Shown here piece by piece: positions 27,001-40,873 of a stretch of DNA of 64,000 nucleotides (positions within the stretch are counted from its first letter, which is position 1; each line of letters begins with the position of its first letter). Source of the stretch: Azolla caroliniana. Taxonomy: Eukaryota; Plantae; Polypodiophyta. A model generated the notes under the pieces. It was given only the letters and a program-made list of their open reading frames with translations, was not told the origin of the DNA and searched no databases. The position numbers and the translations under genes were made by a program. The stretch spans positions 15,810,001 through 15,874,000 of the forward strand of contig JBHGNT010000002.1 in NCBI GenBank assembly GCA_043228905.1. Direction: 5' to 3'.

Positions 27001-27616
27001 AAGAGCTTTCCATGAATATCTTGCATGTGAAATTTGGGGCTAGAAAACAGAAATAGTGAGGAAAAGAAAAGTCGACTCATATAGACATGCTTTTTTTAGG
27101 GGGACAAGGCAAGCAATCAAAAACCTATAAATAAGAGCCTATTCTAGTGAAGAAGGGGGGGAGGGAGAAGGAATGCGGAAGTTCTAGTCAATTGGAAAGC
27201 AAAAGAAGAAGGATCAACAACATCGGGAGGCATCATCAACAAAGAATCACCTTCTTCTATATTCCACTCTCTTCTTTCGTCCACCTCTCTTCCCCCTTCC
27301 TTTATAAATTATCTCTCATATTCATATCAAACCCGTTGTAAAATTGATTCTTATTTTATAAAAGAATCTATTATATTGTAATAAACTAATGTTTGGTTTC
27401 ACCTACATATCTTATATGTTATTGTCATTTGTGCTTATTTGTTTGTGTGTCTTGTGACAAGGGAGCATTTCGAGCTTGCCCATGCACCTCTCCTTTTACA
27501 AAGGCATTCAAACTTTCGTGTCTTACGTGTTAGTGTAAATCTTGCTTGTGTGTTTGTGCAACTTGTGGCAAGGGAGCGTTCGAGCTTTGCCCATGTACTC
27601 ACAAAGGCGTTCGAAA
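18035..27616 (+). mobile_element. Ty3/gypsy element D (non-chromovirus, 5'-truncated, interrupted by element C)
   Basis: pol reading frame is continuous across the C insertion (GHTFSNES|RGKLQVG); RT with FLDD, RNase H, integrase (AREDLTNQVE, YNLEANGKVERGH); PPT GTGGGGGTGGA, 3' LTR from 26678 (TGTCGTG). Confidence 0.88.
18161..23834 (+). mobile_element. Full-length Ty1/copia element C
   Basis: LTRs 18161-18551 and 23445-23834, TSD AATCA on both sides, PBS TGGTATCAGAGC at 18552, PPT TTGAGGGGGAG; gag knuckle CWYCGKKGHRESEC, YVDSGAS, YVDD; several in-frame stops. Confidence 0.96.
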
Positions 27617-27619
27617 TCA

Positions 27620-30600
27620 TGTCACAAGACGAACAAATGCATGGGCAAGCCCGAATCTAACCGTAGTCACAAGGCGAATGAATGCACGTGAGGAAGGCTT
27701 ACACATGGACACAAAAGGAAAAGGCTTACTTACACACACGAGAGAAAAAGTTTTGAATGCCTTTGTGAAAATAGAGGTGCATGGGCAAGCCCGAACGCTC
27801 CCTTGTCACAAGACACACAAACATATAAGCACAAATGACAATAACATATTAGACATGTAAGTTTGAATGCCTTTGTGAAAGGAGAGGTGCATGGGCAAGC
27901 CTGAACGATCCCTTGTCACAAGAGACACAAAAAGATAAGCACACATGACAATAATATATAAGACACGTAAGTTTGAATGCCTTTGTGAAAGGAGAGGTGC
28001 ATGGGCAAGCCCGAAACGCTCGCGTGTCACAAGACACACAAACAAATAAACACCAATGACAATAACATATAAGATACGTAGGTCAAACCAAACATTATTA
28101 TATTGATATATAATAGATTCTTTTATAAAATAAGAATCAATTTTACAACGGGTTTGATATGAATATGAGAGAATTTATAAAGGAAGGGGGAAGAGAGGTG
28201 GAGGAAAGAAGAGAGTGGAATATAGAAGAAGGTGATTCTTTGTTGATGATGCCTCTCGATGTTGTTGATTCTTCTTCTTTTGCCTTCCAATTGAGTAGAG
28301 CTTCCGCGTTCCTTCTCCCTCCCCCCCTTCTTCACTAGAATAGGCTCTTATTTATAGGTTTAGGATTGTTTGCCTTTTTCCTCGAAAAAAAAGCTTGTCT
28401 ATATGAGTCGACTTTTCTTTTCCTCACTATTTCTATTTTCCTCACATGTAAGAAATTTTTGGAAAGCTCTTTTGGTTAGCTTTTGTATGCATCTTTTCTT
28501 TTCTAATTTGGACATCTAACGAGGAATATATGAGCTTTTTTCTCTACTGTGCTCTCATAACCACACGTGTTTTTTTTTCTCCCGATCTTCTTCTCTACTT
28601 TTGAAAACTGCCTCTATCTTAATATTCATCATTATTTATAGTAAGGTTCAATCCTTTGACCTTTTATTGATAAGGAATTATCTTTGGCAAATGAAAAAGT
28701 ATTTTTGCTACCAATAAAGTTGACTTCACAATTGGTTTTTGCCCTAATATGAGCTCGGTCGGCATATATCCTGTAGTCGTGCTGTGTAGTTTTATCGACC
28801 CACATCGCATATGGTAATAATCATGGTCAGTCCCTCATCTTCCCATCGCAAGTCTTTGCTAGAGCTTTTACAATCGGGCTATGTCCCCGCTCCACCTTTC
28901 CATTTGCCTCTGGGTTATATGCCATGGTAAGTGATAATTTGACACCTATCCTTGAGAAAAACTCTTTATCTCCATTTGCATCTAATTCTCCTCTATCTGC
29001 TACTATTTTTCCGACACATCCGTATCGACAAATAACATCTTCAAGGAGAAACTTGCAAACTGCCAAAGTTGTTTTATTCCTTAGTGCCCGACCTTCTACT
29101 TGGTTGGTGAGATCCTCTCTTGCTAGTACAAGGTATCTCATTGGCCACAATCCCATTGGCATAACCACTATGTCAACCAACCACTTATAATGCATTGATA
29201 ATGGATATGTCGGATGAAGTTCATCCCCATGTTGAACATTCGAGTATAATTGGCATTGTGCACATGTTTCAACATAGATTGCTACATCTTTGTAAACACC
29301 CGGCCACCAATACTTCTCCTTGAGCTTTGCAAAAGTTTCCCATATACCTTGATGACCTGCCCACACACTATCATGAAATTCAACAATTAGTGTATGTTGA
29401 TCTTGTTTCTTGCACACCACTCGAAGTGGAGTTCCATTCTTCCTCTTTGGAAAGTTCCATAGATGTCCTTCTTTGAGGAAGAACTTGTAGGCCTTCTTCC
29501 TAATTCGGTAGAAGTCTTCCTTTGACCATGATTCATCCTTTGTAAGAGAGCTTAAGTACTTGCCAATTTCGATGAATTCACCCTCATAATCTTCGACTTT
29601 AAACACCCGAGCTTAAGTACTAGCACCCGAGCACAAGAAACCATAAAGAAGTTTAGGCCAACATCCTTTTCATCGGAGCGTGGATCTTCTTCACCCTTGT
29701 ACCTTGCCCTTGACAACATATCAGCCACCACATTATGTTTCCCAGTTATATGTTACATCTCGGGGTTGAGCGACATGATATATTAGGCAATCCATCGTAG
29801 CATAGCAATATCCGGCATAGCACAACCAGATATCATTCCAAGAATAGGTAGACAATCGGTTTCAATTATGACTTCCATTTCGATAAGGTAGTCGCGATCG
29901 GTTTTAACCGTGTATACTATCCCCCATAGCTCTCTCTTTACTTGGGTGTACTTTCTTTCTCTTTCGGTCAACACCTTTGCACCGAATCAGATTACATACC
30001 GATTTTTGTTTTTGTCTTTTTGGTTAATCACCCATCCAATTCCTGTTGGGCTCGTATCCACTGTAACATATATTGGGGTACCTTCGGTGTAGTCGGCTTT
30101 TTGCAATGTTGGAGCTTCCAATAATAGTTTCTTCAACTTTTGAACCGCATAGGTATGCTTGTCTTCCCATTCAAACTTCTTCCTTTTCTTTAGTAGTCCA
30201 TACAATGGTTCAGAGACATGGGCATAGTGTGGAATCCATATGTGGTAGAACACACATGCTCCCAAGAATCTTCTCACCTCAGTTTGGGACTCACACTCCT
30301 CTTTCATCTCTTGGATAGCATTCACCTTGGATGGAGATGGCTTCCGACCATAAGATCCACATAAGTGTCCTACTACCAATATTTGTGGTTGACTGAATGG
30401 GGACTTCTCTCCCGAAAACTTGAGATTTGCATCCTCAAGCTTTTGCAACACCTTCTTGCTATCCTTTATATGATCAATGACGAATCTTCGGCAACCATCT
30501 TCATCTTTTGATTCATCTTTTTCTTCCACCAAGTATCCTTTGATCGGAATATCATCTAAGAAAGGCATTGTGATATCAGGAATACAATCCTTTAACACTT

Positions 30601-31005
30601 TGTTCATGGCATTCACCATGTGAGCTATGGAGTTTGTTGCACCTTGGGGTAAGGTGCACATCCTTACCAACCTAATCGATGTCCTCATTGTTGTAATGTC
30701 TCTACTATCGATTGCCAATGGAAATTGATCATTGCCCGAGTAGAGATAACCAATGGAATAGATCGATCTTCTTGCGAAGGCTTATGCAAATTCATCCATG
30801 CTTGGACTAATTCCGGCATTTCGGATCGTCACCTTGTTGGCGGGTTGGAGATCTTGAATAAAGCGTAAGGACCCGTTCTTCTTCAACACCGTAAACCATC
30901 TATTGGAGTAGGGAGCATTGGACGGCTCAAGAATTCCCATCCTAACCTTTTACTTCAGAATGTGAGCTCTATCAACTTCAGAATGTGAGCTCATGGAATC
31001 GGTAT
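27620..31005 (-). mobile_element. Ty3/gypsy element E, same family as D, inverted
   Basis: RT-RH-INT ORFs 29987-30718 and 28827-29606 match D; partial LTR 27620-28731 is the reverse complement of 26750-27520; ~600-bp deletion at 28731 removes the integrase end and PPT. Confidence 0.9.
27750..28075. repeat. Three tandem ~110-bp repeats inside the gypsy LTR
   Basis: GTTTGAATGCCTTTGTGAAA.GAGAGGTGCATGGGCAAGCC recurs at ~27752, 27861 and 27971. Confidence 0.85.
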
Positions 31006-34000
31006 TGTCAGGAACAATACTAAGACAGAGAAGTATTGTCAAGAAAAGTACTAGGACAGAGAAGGAATTAGTACTAAAAGATGAGGATTAGTACTAAGAG
31101 AGGTGTAGAACTCTCGAGAGAAGGAAAGAGTGAGAGAGAGAGAGAATGATGATAACAAAAGATATATATTATGTGAAGAGAATATACAGTAGCATTGAAA
31201 AATCATTCGGTCAAATCACAATAAACAAACTGTGCTGAAATACGAATCACAAATATGCCAGGAAAAACAAGATAACAATGGTGCATAGAGATTTAACGTG
31301 GAAACCCTAAAACGGGAGAAAACCACAGGAATAGAGCTTCACTATGTATAGTGGATATACAACACAAAATGTTATTGTTGAGATATCAAGCTCAACTAGT
31401 TTAATGTAGTTAGTCAACACATGTAACTTAGTAGTTACCTAGATCGAATCTAGTTAATGTGTTGACCTTAAGCCTTTAAATAGGACCTTGTACTTAAGTG
31501 GGACATTCTAGATCCTCCACTCCTTAGTACATTTAATGTAGGACTTACACATAAGTACCTATGTTCTACCCACACATGTGCACCTTTGCACATGGGTTGT
31601 ATATATATCTCATTGTGGGTATTTTTGAACGTTGATGACACTTTCCAATATAGTCAATCATCCCCCATTTATCTTTGTGTTCAAGTGTAACTTCCTCTCT
31701 CTCTCTCTTCCTCTCACACACTCTCACGTGCATATCATACTAATCTTCTGCTGCTTAACGTAACCATATAATTAGTCTCTAATTAACCCTAGTTAATTAC
31801 CTAATTACTTAACAGTAACAACACTCTTTCGAGTGTATCAGCCACGTAGGGCTCTTGGCGTCTGCTACGCACACAACTATGGTGCCGTTCTCACTCACTC
31901 TCTATCTCACACGCTCTCACGCTACTTCTGTTCTACGCGCGCACTCTCACGTTTTTCCCTAAGTGTATTTATACTTATACACTGTATGGGCTACTTACAA
32001 ATGTAGCCACTGCTACATATAATTATTATTATTGCTATAATAATAATAGTCGAACTATTAAACAGTCGACTCACTGTTTTCGACTCTTCCATTGTCGGCT
32101 TTCCGAGAGTTGGATCTTCCCTGTCTTTGATTGTCGGCACTCCTTGGTCCGATCAATCGGCTCCTTGTAGTCATCGACAATCAGCAACTTCTGGACAGTC
32201 GGTTCCTCCTCCCACTGGAGGGACATATTCCCAACAAGTAGTAGCTAGGAGGCTTAAGACTGGCTTTGACCCGATTTGGTTCTCGATAATGCCATGTGCC
32301 TCTTTTTATAGTGGCTTTAGGAATACTCTTGACATTTCTAGAATGTTCCAGAGAAATCTAGAATATATATGGATTTCCTAAGTAAAATAATAAATGGAAA
32401 TAATATTTTTTGTATTACAATGTATAACTTCCGCCCATGTGCCACAAGGTCATGGGTTCAAATCCTTTTGAAGCCATACCATGCTAAATCATGACATTAC
32501 CCCCCCCCCCCCCCCCCCTAAGAAGACGAGTGCTATGAGTTGTCTTAGATGGAAAACCTGACTTGTCGGGATATCGTCGATGAAACTCCTCAACAAGAGC
32601 TCGAGCATTTACCACATTCTCGACTGGTTCCCAAGTATGCTCGCTTGGACTATAGCCTAGCCAATCGACCAAATAGTAGAGCTTGTTGTGAACAATCTTG
32701 GAATCAAGGATGGCAACTACTCATACTCTGGTCCGGGTTCTGGCTCGATCGAGGGTGGAGGTGGTGTAATACGATTCGGAATAGTGTTGTCATGATACTA
32801 TTCGAGAAGAGAACTATGAAAAACTGGATGTATCCGTAGTTGCGGAGGTAGATCGAGATGAAAAGCGAAATCATTAATTTTTCTGATAATACGGAAAGAA
32901 CCTAATTGCCGATAGTCCAATTTATTGCATGGGCGAGTAGTCTTGATGTGTCGTCGTAATAGCCATACCCGATCGCCAATGTTAAATCTCGATGGAAGCC
33001 GATGACGATCCACGTAATCCTTATGTGTTTGTTGAGCTTGTTGTAAGTGAGTAGATAAGTCCACATGTATCTTGCGTAGCCGCTCCAAATGATCCTCTGC
33101 ACAAGGATTTGTGGGTAACTCCGGAGTTTCAAAAACACAGCACCGGGGATGATAGCCCGTATAAGCATAAAATGGTGTGACCTTAGTCGATGAGTGGACA
33201 GAGTTATTATACGCAAATTCGGCGAAATGGAGAATATCCACCTAGTCATATTGATGATAGCTTAGAAAACACCGAAGATATTGTTCTAGCGTTTGATTTT
33301 TTCGTTGTGCTTGTCCGTCTGTTTGCGGGTGGTAGACGGAGGAGAGGTTACAAGTGACCTTGAGCATTTTGAAGAGGTACTTCCAGAATTTCGAGACAAA
33401 CTGGGGTCCACGGTCGTTGATGAGACTATTGGGGAGGCCATGATGCCGACATACCTCACGCATGACAGTTTCGGTGGTTTCTTCACTAGTGATTTCCTTA
33501 GTACATGGCAAGAAATGGGTCATCTTCCTATATTGATCTACTACTGTTAACATCGCATCGAATCCCTTAGAGACTAGAAGATCTATGATGAAATCTAGAG
33601 CAATCGATTGCCACGGTTTGCTTGGAATTGGTAATGGTTCCAATAAACCATATGGATGGTGTGTTGACATCTTTGCTCTGCAACATGTATCACATGTCTG
33701 AATCTAATCTTCGATAAATCATCGCATATGAGGCCACCAGAATGATCGTTGTACTAAATCTAACGTTTTAGTACTACCAAAATGCCCAGCTGTATATGTG
33801 TCATGACAATTTTGGTCTACTCGAAGGCGACAAGAACCATTAGGAACATACAAGAGCTTCTTAATGAATAGTTACAATCCATCATGACATTCAAATTGTT
33901 AATAATCCGCACCTGGTGTTGCGACTGTGAATAGAATGCCCGAGAGGGATCAATCTGTGCTAGAATGGCTTGAGCGAAAACATTTGCCTTGAACTCCTCA

Positions 34001-35030
34001 TGTAGGGTATCGATAATGTGGGAATCCAATGGCATATCAAAAACCCGAGTTGCTTGCAGTCGTGCCAGTCCCAAGATTACTTGCTTTTGGTTATCGAATG
34101 CGAGCTCAATGGGATACGGTGCTAGATACGAGCGTCGCGATAATGCATCTACCTTCCCTTGTTGCTTCCCAGGATGATATGTAATTTTGATGTTGAAACG
34201 AGTGAGGAATTGGGCCCACTGAGCTTGGGGTTGATTTAATACACGAGCATTCTGGAAGTAGGCAAGATTTTTCTGATCACTAAATACGGTGACTTGATGA
34301 GGAGATCCCTCTAGGAAATGCCTCCATTGCGTAAAAGAGTCCACTATTGCTAATAGCTCTTTATCGTGAATTGCATGGTTGTTTTGGCGGCGTTAAACTT
34401 GCGTGAGTGGAAAGCCACATGATGTAGCTTTTCATCATCACCTTATTGTGAAAGAATGCTACCCAAGGCGAAATCCGACGCGTCTGCCTCAATGATGAAT
34501 GGTTTTGCCGGATCAACATGAGCTAGAATAGGAGCTGATGTAAATGCCTTCTTAAGACTCTCAAAAGCCATGTGCACTTCTTTAGACCAAAAAAATGACT
34601 GGCCCTTCTTGGTAAGGTGTGTGAGAGGCAGAATAAGCTTTGAGTAATACTGTATAAACTTGCGGTAGAAATTGGCAAAGCCTAAAAAGCATTGTACATC
34701 TCACAACGAACGTGGAGAAAGCAACTCTACCACGGTTTTGACCTTAGCTGGATCCATAGAGATGCCTTCCAAGGAGATGACACAGCCCAGAAATTCCACC
34801 TGGTTGCACTCAAAGGTATATTTTTCTAGTTTTGCATAAAGATCGTGTTCTCGAAGCTGTTTTAGTACTAATAGTATATGAGAATCATGCTCATCTTGGG
34901 TCTTCGAATAAACCATTAGATTATCAAAATAGATGATCAAACAAACATCCAAGAGATCTCGGAATATATCATTTGCCATGTGTTGGAAGACTATTGCTGC
35001 ATTAGTAAGACCGAATAGAATGATTGTGGT
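31006..35030 (-). mobile_element. Ty3/gypsy chromovirus F (Tcn1-like), 5'-truncated and degenerate
   Basis: RT, RNase H and integrase remnants (PWQSIALDFI, HPQTDGQ, IHPVFHSSLL), C-terminal chromodomain VDWLGYSPSEHTWEPVENV; poly-G PPT at 32500-32518; 3' LTR 31006-32496. Confidence 0.88.
31193..32236 (-). mobile_element. Probable solo LTR inserted in the LTR of element F
   Basis: Flanked by AGTAG direct repeats (31188-31192, 32237-32241); one end is TGTTGGGAAT, the other non-canonical (CATTG); contains GATTTAACGTGGAAACC. Confidence 0.55.
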
Positions 35031-38000
35031 TGGTGAGAGTCGAACTCAACTTCCCATAGAGACAGGTTTTACACTAGCTCATGGACATACCAAACTAGTT
35101 TTGTAAATAGTTGAAAGGGCACTTGCCCTAGCCGAGTTGGTACTTAAACCAACCTTTTTGTAACTTAGTTACTATTGGATGTAATATACAATTTCTTGAT
35201 ATAGTTCTCTCTCTCTGATTCTCTCTCTTGTCTCACGTGCACATACACACACACACACATAGTCCTTCTGTTGTACAGAATCACTCTTGATTCTTTACAT
35301 GGTATCAGAGCATGTGGTTGCTTAATCCAAGCCCATCGCCTTCACGTGTGTCGTGGTCAAGCTAGCAGAGAACCAACTGATCGCTGCAACAACAATTTTT
35401 GCAGAACTCGCATCAAGAGTAGAAGAAGTTCGACAATGAATACCCAGATGGGAAGCGCTCTTCCTACCGAGAAGCTCAATAGAACAAACTTCGCATCTTG
35501 GGAGTACAAGATGCATCAGTACCTTGTCGGACAAGGTTACTCGAGCTATATCAAGGGAGTTCATGAAACACAACCAAACCCAACACACAACAACTACCCA
35601 GCCTGGGAGCAGGCCGCAAGCCATGTGTTGTATTGCCTTGCATCAAGTGTCCATGATCACATGCTTGGCTATATTTGAGAGGTGAAAACGCTGAAAGAAG
35701 CTTGGGGCAATCTGAAGAAGATTTTTGCGGCCAACACGGCTGCACGAAAGCTCCAACTTCATAAAGAGCTCAATAACATGTAACAAAGGGACATGTCAAT
35801 CACCAGTTATACCTTGAAGATCAAGGAGTTGTGTGATGCCCTCGGGTCAATCAATGTCATCATCGATGATGACGAGATGGTGCAAATTTGCCTCAGTGGT
35901 GTGGCACCATGAGTTGGCACGATCGGATCGGCCATCTCGCAAGGGAGAACCCTCCCTCCTTTTTCGACCAACCATTTACTGAGAAGGAGATTACGGGCAT
36001 ATGCGAGGCATGCCAGTTCGGAAAACAACGTGGACATCCATTCCCGAAAGAGAGGAATGTGAGCAAACGGATTCTTGATGTAATACATTCAGATGTGTGG
36101 GGACCAGCCCCAACAACAACATTCAGTGGTTGCCGATATTATGTTATGTTCATCAACGACTTCTCCAGGCATACCTGGCTCTACCCGATGAAACAAAAGA
36201 GCGAAGTATTCGGCAACTTCCAAAGGTTCAAAAACGAAGTCGAAAAAGCCACGGGTCGGCACGTACGATGCCTTCGATTAGATGGAGGCAAAGAATATTT
36301 CTCGGATGAGTTTACAGCATATCTCCGAAAGGAAGGAATACGACGAGAATTTCCGTGTCGCCATACACCTCAGCAAAATGGTGTAGCCGAACGGAAGAAT
36401 TGGCACATCGTAGAGGTTGCACCGGCAATGAGAATGAGAAGAACCTGCCAAAATCGTACTGGGCAGAAGTGGTGAACACGACCGTATATCTTATGAACAG
36501 ATGTACAACCTCTGGGGTACACGACGTAACCCCTCATGAGAGGTTTTTTGGAAAGAAACCGGATTTATCACATGTCCATATTTTCGGCTCAATCGCCTAT
36601 GTGCATATTCTTGATCAAACGCGACAAAATCTCGACCTGAAGTCGGAGAAATGTATCCTCATAGGGTACTCGCTCGAACAGAAGGGGTACAAATACTACA
36701 ACCCATCTACCCGAAAAGCTCGAGTAAGTCAAGATGTCGTTTTCGATGAGTCCACATCTTGGTACGCACTAGAAACAACTTCGACTCTGACTCCGCTCGA
36801 CTCGGAATCTGCCAAAATGGAGACAGAAGATGAAGATCGGCTGACACACATGTTCGAAGAAAGCACATTTCAGCCGAGTGACCAAAGCACATTTCGGCCG
36901 AGTCCAAAACTCGACAAAGGGAAGGCCAAGATGTCCGAATACGAAGATCCAATCGACAACGCATCAACTCACTCCCATGACAGTGAGTTCGAAGGCCTAA
37001 GAATCCCGATCTTCCAGACGAATGGAGTGAAGAAATGATTTGTCTCCGCAAACGAGAAGCTACGCCGGTCCACCCGTGAAAAGAACCCTTTGAGCCGATT
37101 CGGCTACAATGAGTACATGGCGTACCATTACGCCTTTATGATGAAGGTAGTGACTGCACGGGAGCCGGAAACGCTTTACGAAGCCATGAAGGACCCGCAT
37201 TGGGTCGATGCGATGAACGAAGAAATGCAAGCCTTGTGCAAGAACGAGACATGGGATCTTGTTCCCCATTCACTTCACAGGAAAGCGATTGGTTGCAGAT
37301 GGATCTATAAGGTCAAATACAATGCCGATGGCACTGTAAATCGCTTCAAAGCATGACTCATCGCCAAAGGATATGCACAAACGCACGGAGTCGATTACGA
37401 GGAGACCTTTGCCCCGATGGCAAAGACGACGACTGTGTGGACCATAATTGCAATCGCAGCTGCAAAAGGATGGCATCTCCACTAGATGGGCGTAAAGAAC
37501 GCCTTCCTACAAGGCGAATTAGAAGAGAAGGTGTACATGATACAACCACCTGGGTTCAAATCGCATACTTAGCCAAAAGCCATGTGCCGACTCAAGAAGC
37601 CAATCTACGACCTGAAGCAAGCACCGCATGCTTGGCATTCGAAGATCACTCAGTATCTTCACCAAATCAGCTTTCGAATGTCGAAATCGGACAACTCCCT
37701 GTACATCCGAAACGAACCACACAACCCGATTTTCATTATCCTTTACGTGGATGATCTAGTAATCGGAGGAAAGGATCTAGCCGGGATCATTAAGGTCAAA
37801 TCCCTCCTATCCGGCAGATTCGAAATGAAAGACCTGCACGAGCTCCATTACGTTCTTGGCATCGAAGTAATTCGAACACCAGTCGGGATATTGATCTCTG
37901 AATGGCACTACGTTCTCAACTTACTCTACAAGTTCTGAATGACCAAGTGCAAACCCGTGGCTACCCCTCTCGACCGAAATCTCAAGCTCGATGTCGATTC

Positions 38001-39203
38001 GGGCACAACCGAGTGCGATCCGACTCAATATCGACAACTAATCGACGGTCTAATTTATCTAACCATCACACGACCCGATCTTAGCTATTCAGTCATCCTA
38101 CTTAGCCAGTTCATGCAGAACCCATGAAATGATTATCTCGATTGCACTAAGAGGATACTTCGGTATGTTAGTACGATGATGGATTATGGCATCATGTATA
38201 AGTCAGATACGCTTATTCGACTCGAAGGGTACCCAGACGCAGACTGGGACGGTTATAAGGCCAGTAGACAATCCACTTCCGGATTTGTCTTTTAACTCGG
38301 CAACGGAGCTATCTCCTAGAGCAGCAAGAAACAACCGACAGTCGCACTGTCGAGCGTGGAGGTTGAATACAGGGGCGCAACAATCGCCGCATGTGAAGCT
38401 GTCTAGCTCAAACGCATCTTGAAGGACCTTGGCATTCCCATTACGGATCCAATTCGCCTCTTCTATGATAACATGAGCAACATCTACCTCACTAGGAACC
38501 CCGTACTCCACGCGCGGACTAAAAACATCGAAGTGCACTACCACTTCATTCACGAGCGCATTCAAGCCAATGAAATCGATCTCCAACACATCAGTACGAA
38601 CCTTCAAGTTCCTGACATCTTTACGAAGGCCTTGGGAGTCGACTAGCTCGGGCAATTCACATTGGACCTCGGTCTCACAATCTCTACATTGCAAAGCTTG
38701 AGGGGGAGTACAACAACCGACACAGAAGCAACCGATAAGAAACCGACACGGAAGTAGCCAATTAGTTGATCGAAGCCGACCGGACTAGTCGGAGCATGAT
38801 GAGACGAAGCCGAAAAGCTGAACAATCCAGTTCGAGGATTACAAAAGCCGGAAGCCGAACTCCGAAGACCAAACCAAAACAAGTTTTCAATAGATGGAAG
38901 TTATGTGCGAAGGGGCATGTTGAGAGTCGAACTCAACTTCCCATAGAGATAGGTTTTGACACTAGCTCATGGACATACTGAGCTAGTTTTGTAAATAGTT
39001 GAAAGGGCACTTGCCCTAGCCTAGTTGGTACTGAAACCAACCCTTTTGTAACATATATAGTTGGATGTAATATACAGTTTCTTGATATAGTTCTCTTTCT
39101 CTCTCATTATCTCTCTTGTCTCACATGCACATACACACACACACACATGCACGCACACACACATAGTCCTTCTGTTGTACAGAATCACTCTTGATTCTTT
39201 ACA
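35031..39203 (+). mobile_element. Ty1/copia element G (degenerate, internal gag-protease deletion)
   Basis: LTRs 35031-35299 and 38918-39203, PBS TGGTATCAGAGC, imperfect TSD GTGGT/GTTGT; gag joins the integrase zinc finger at ~35968; YVDD RT; many stops. Confidence 0.92.
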
Positions 39204-40050
39204 GTTGTACTAATGTAACGTTTTAGTACTACCAAAATGCCTAGTTGTGTTATGTACACATAACGTTGGTGAGAGTACGTCACTAATATTTACATTAGTG
39301 AAGGGACTAATGATTGGATAGAAGGAATGATAGGTGCATGCACTATCATGATTTGGACAACCAATGAATGGAGATCCTTTTAGAAAGGCACATCTATTCA
39401 AGGGGCCTAGGAAAAGGTATAAATATGAGGCTTAGCTACCCTCATAAGGACATTACGTCGGAAGGCTGCTGTCTTAGACACCGGTGGTGCGGGCTAGGCT
39501 TTCATCTCGACGATCGTGTTTATCTCTTCCAAGGTATTAGTCGTCCTAATATCTGGCGGTATGGGACGTCGGTGGTAGGTTGTCTATGTCTAAATCATAG
39601 ATCGGGGGTGGTCAGGTGGAACGGGTTCTTCTATCCAATCTATTTTCCTTCTTTTACTTTACTTTGGTCTATTGATTAGTAATAGGGTGAAAGTATGCGA
39701 GTGGAAACAATTAGCTATGTCCTTGACATAGCTAATTAGCTATGCAAAAAGCTACCATTGATAAATAGTCAGTTTAGTAAAAAGCCATCATTAATAAATT
39801 AACTATGCAAAAAACTACCATTGAAAATACTAGAGTGTTTTAATTACATATGTAAATGAGTGCCATAAATGTGCAACATAAACGTGCAACATAAATTGAT
39901 ATGTGCACCATAAATGTGTACCATAAATTATATATTGAATTCCTAGGTCCATTATGCATGATCCTTTGCTACATCACGTAGGCCATCTCTAGTTGAGTAT
40001 TGTGGGTTAGTTGCTACCACTATTGCTAAACCCTATCGAGTCCACCTGCC

Positions 40051-40700
40051 GCCACTCTACACTCAGGGGCCGCTACTGTGCGTTCCAAGCATCATCAAAG
40101 AGCTGCTCAATTTGACGGGGTTCTCTTCTTTGTGACACTCTACACTCAGGGGCCACTACTGTGCGTTCCAAGAATCATCACAGAGCTATTCAATCTGACA
40201 GGGTTCTCTTCTCTATGCCACTCTACACTCAGGGGCCGCTATTGTGCGTTCCAAGCATCATCAAAGAGCTGTTCAATCTGACGGGGTTCTCTTCTCTGTG
40301 CCACTCTACACTCAGGGGCCGCTACTGTGCGTTCCAAGCATCATCAAAGAGTTGTTCAATCTGACGGGGTTCTCTTCTCTGTGCCACTCTACACTCAGGG
40401 GCCGCTACTGTGCGTTCCAAGAATCATCAAATAGCTGTTCAATCTGACGGGGTTCTCTTCTTTGTGCCACTCTACACTCAAGGGCCGCTACTGTGCGTTC
40501 CAAGCATAATCGGTAACTGTTCAATCTGACGGGGTTCTCTCTTCCATTGCCATCATTCTAAACTCAGTTGCCGCTACTATCCAGTCCTGGATTGCTTCCA
40601 CATTTCAATTTGACAAAGTTCACTCATCCAACGACAACATTCTACACTCAGTTGTCGCCATTGGTCGGTCCTGGATCGCCTCCTCAACTGTTCGATCCAA
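40051..40700. repeat. Tandem array of 83-bp units (about 6 full plus 2 degenerate)
   Basis: GCCACTCTACACTCAGGGGCCGCTACTGTGCGTTCCAAG... at 40051, 40134, 40217, 40300, 40383, 40466. Confidence 0.95.
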
Positions 40701-40873
40701 TGGAGTGAACTCCTCTACTGTTCGGTCTTGGATTGCAATAACTTTTCTGTCTATTGATTATCTTGTGTATTGTTGTGTCTACTCTTGTGTATTGTGGAAT
40801 ATTTTTGTGTATTGTTGTTGCCCATAGCCATCTTAAATACTTGTTTTTTTTTCTGGAAATTTAGGGTTTTAAT

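Noticed and set aside
31376-31814. Possible additional nested solo LTR (TGTTGAGA...TTAACA)
   Set aside because: Candidate TSD matches only 3/5 and the boundaries are ambiguous.
40051-40550. Regular repeats resembling a CRISPR array, and three similar 67-aa ORFs
   Set aside because: Units are contiguous with no unique spacers, no cas genes, eukaryotic context; the ORFs are by-products of the 83-bp repeat.
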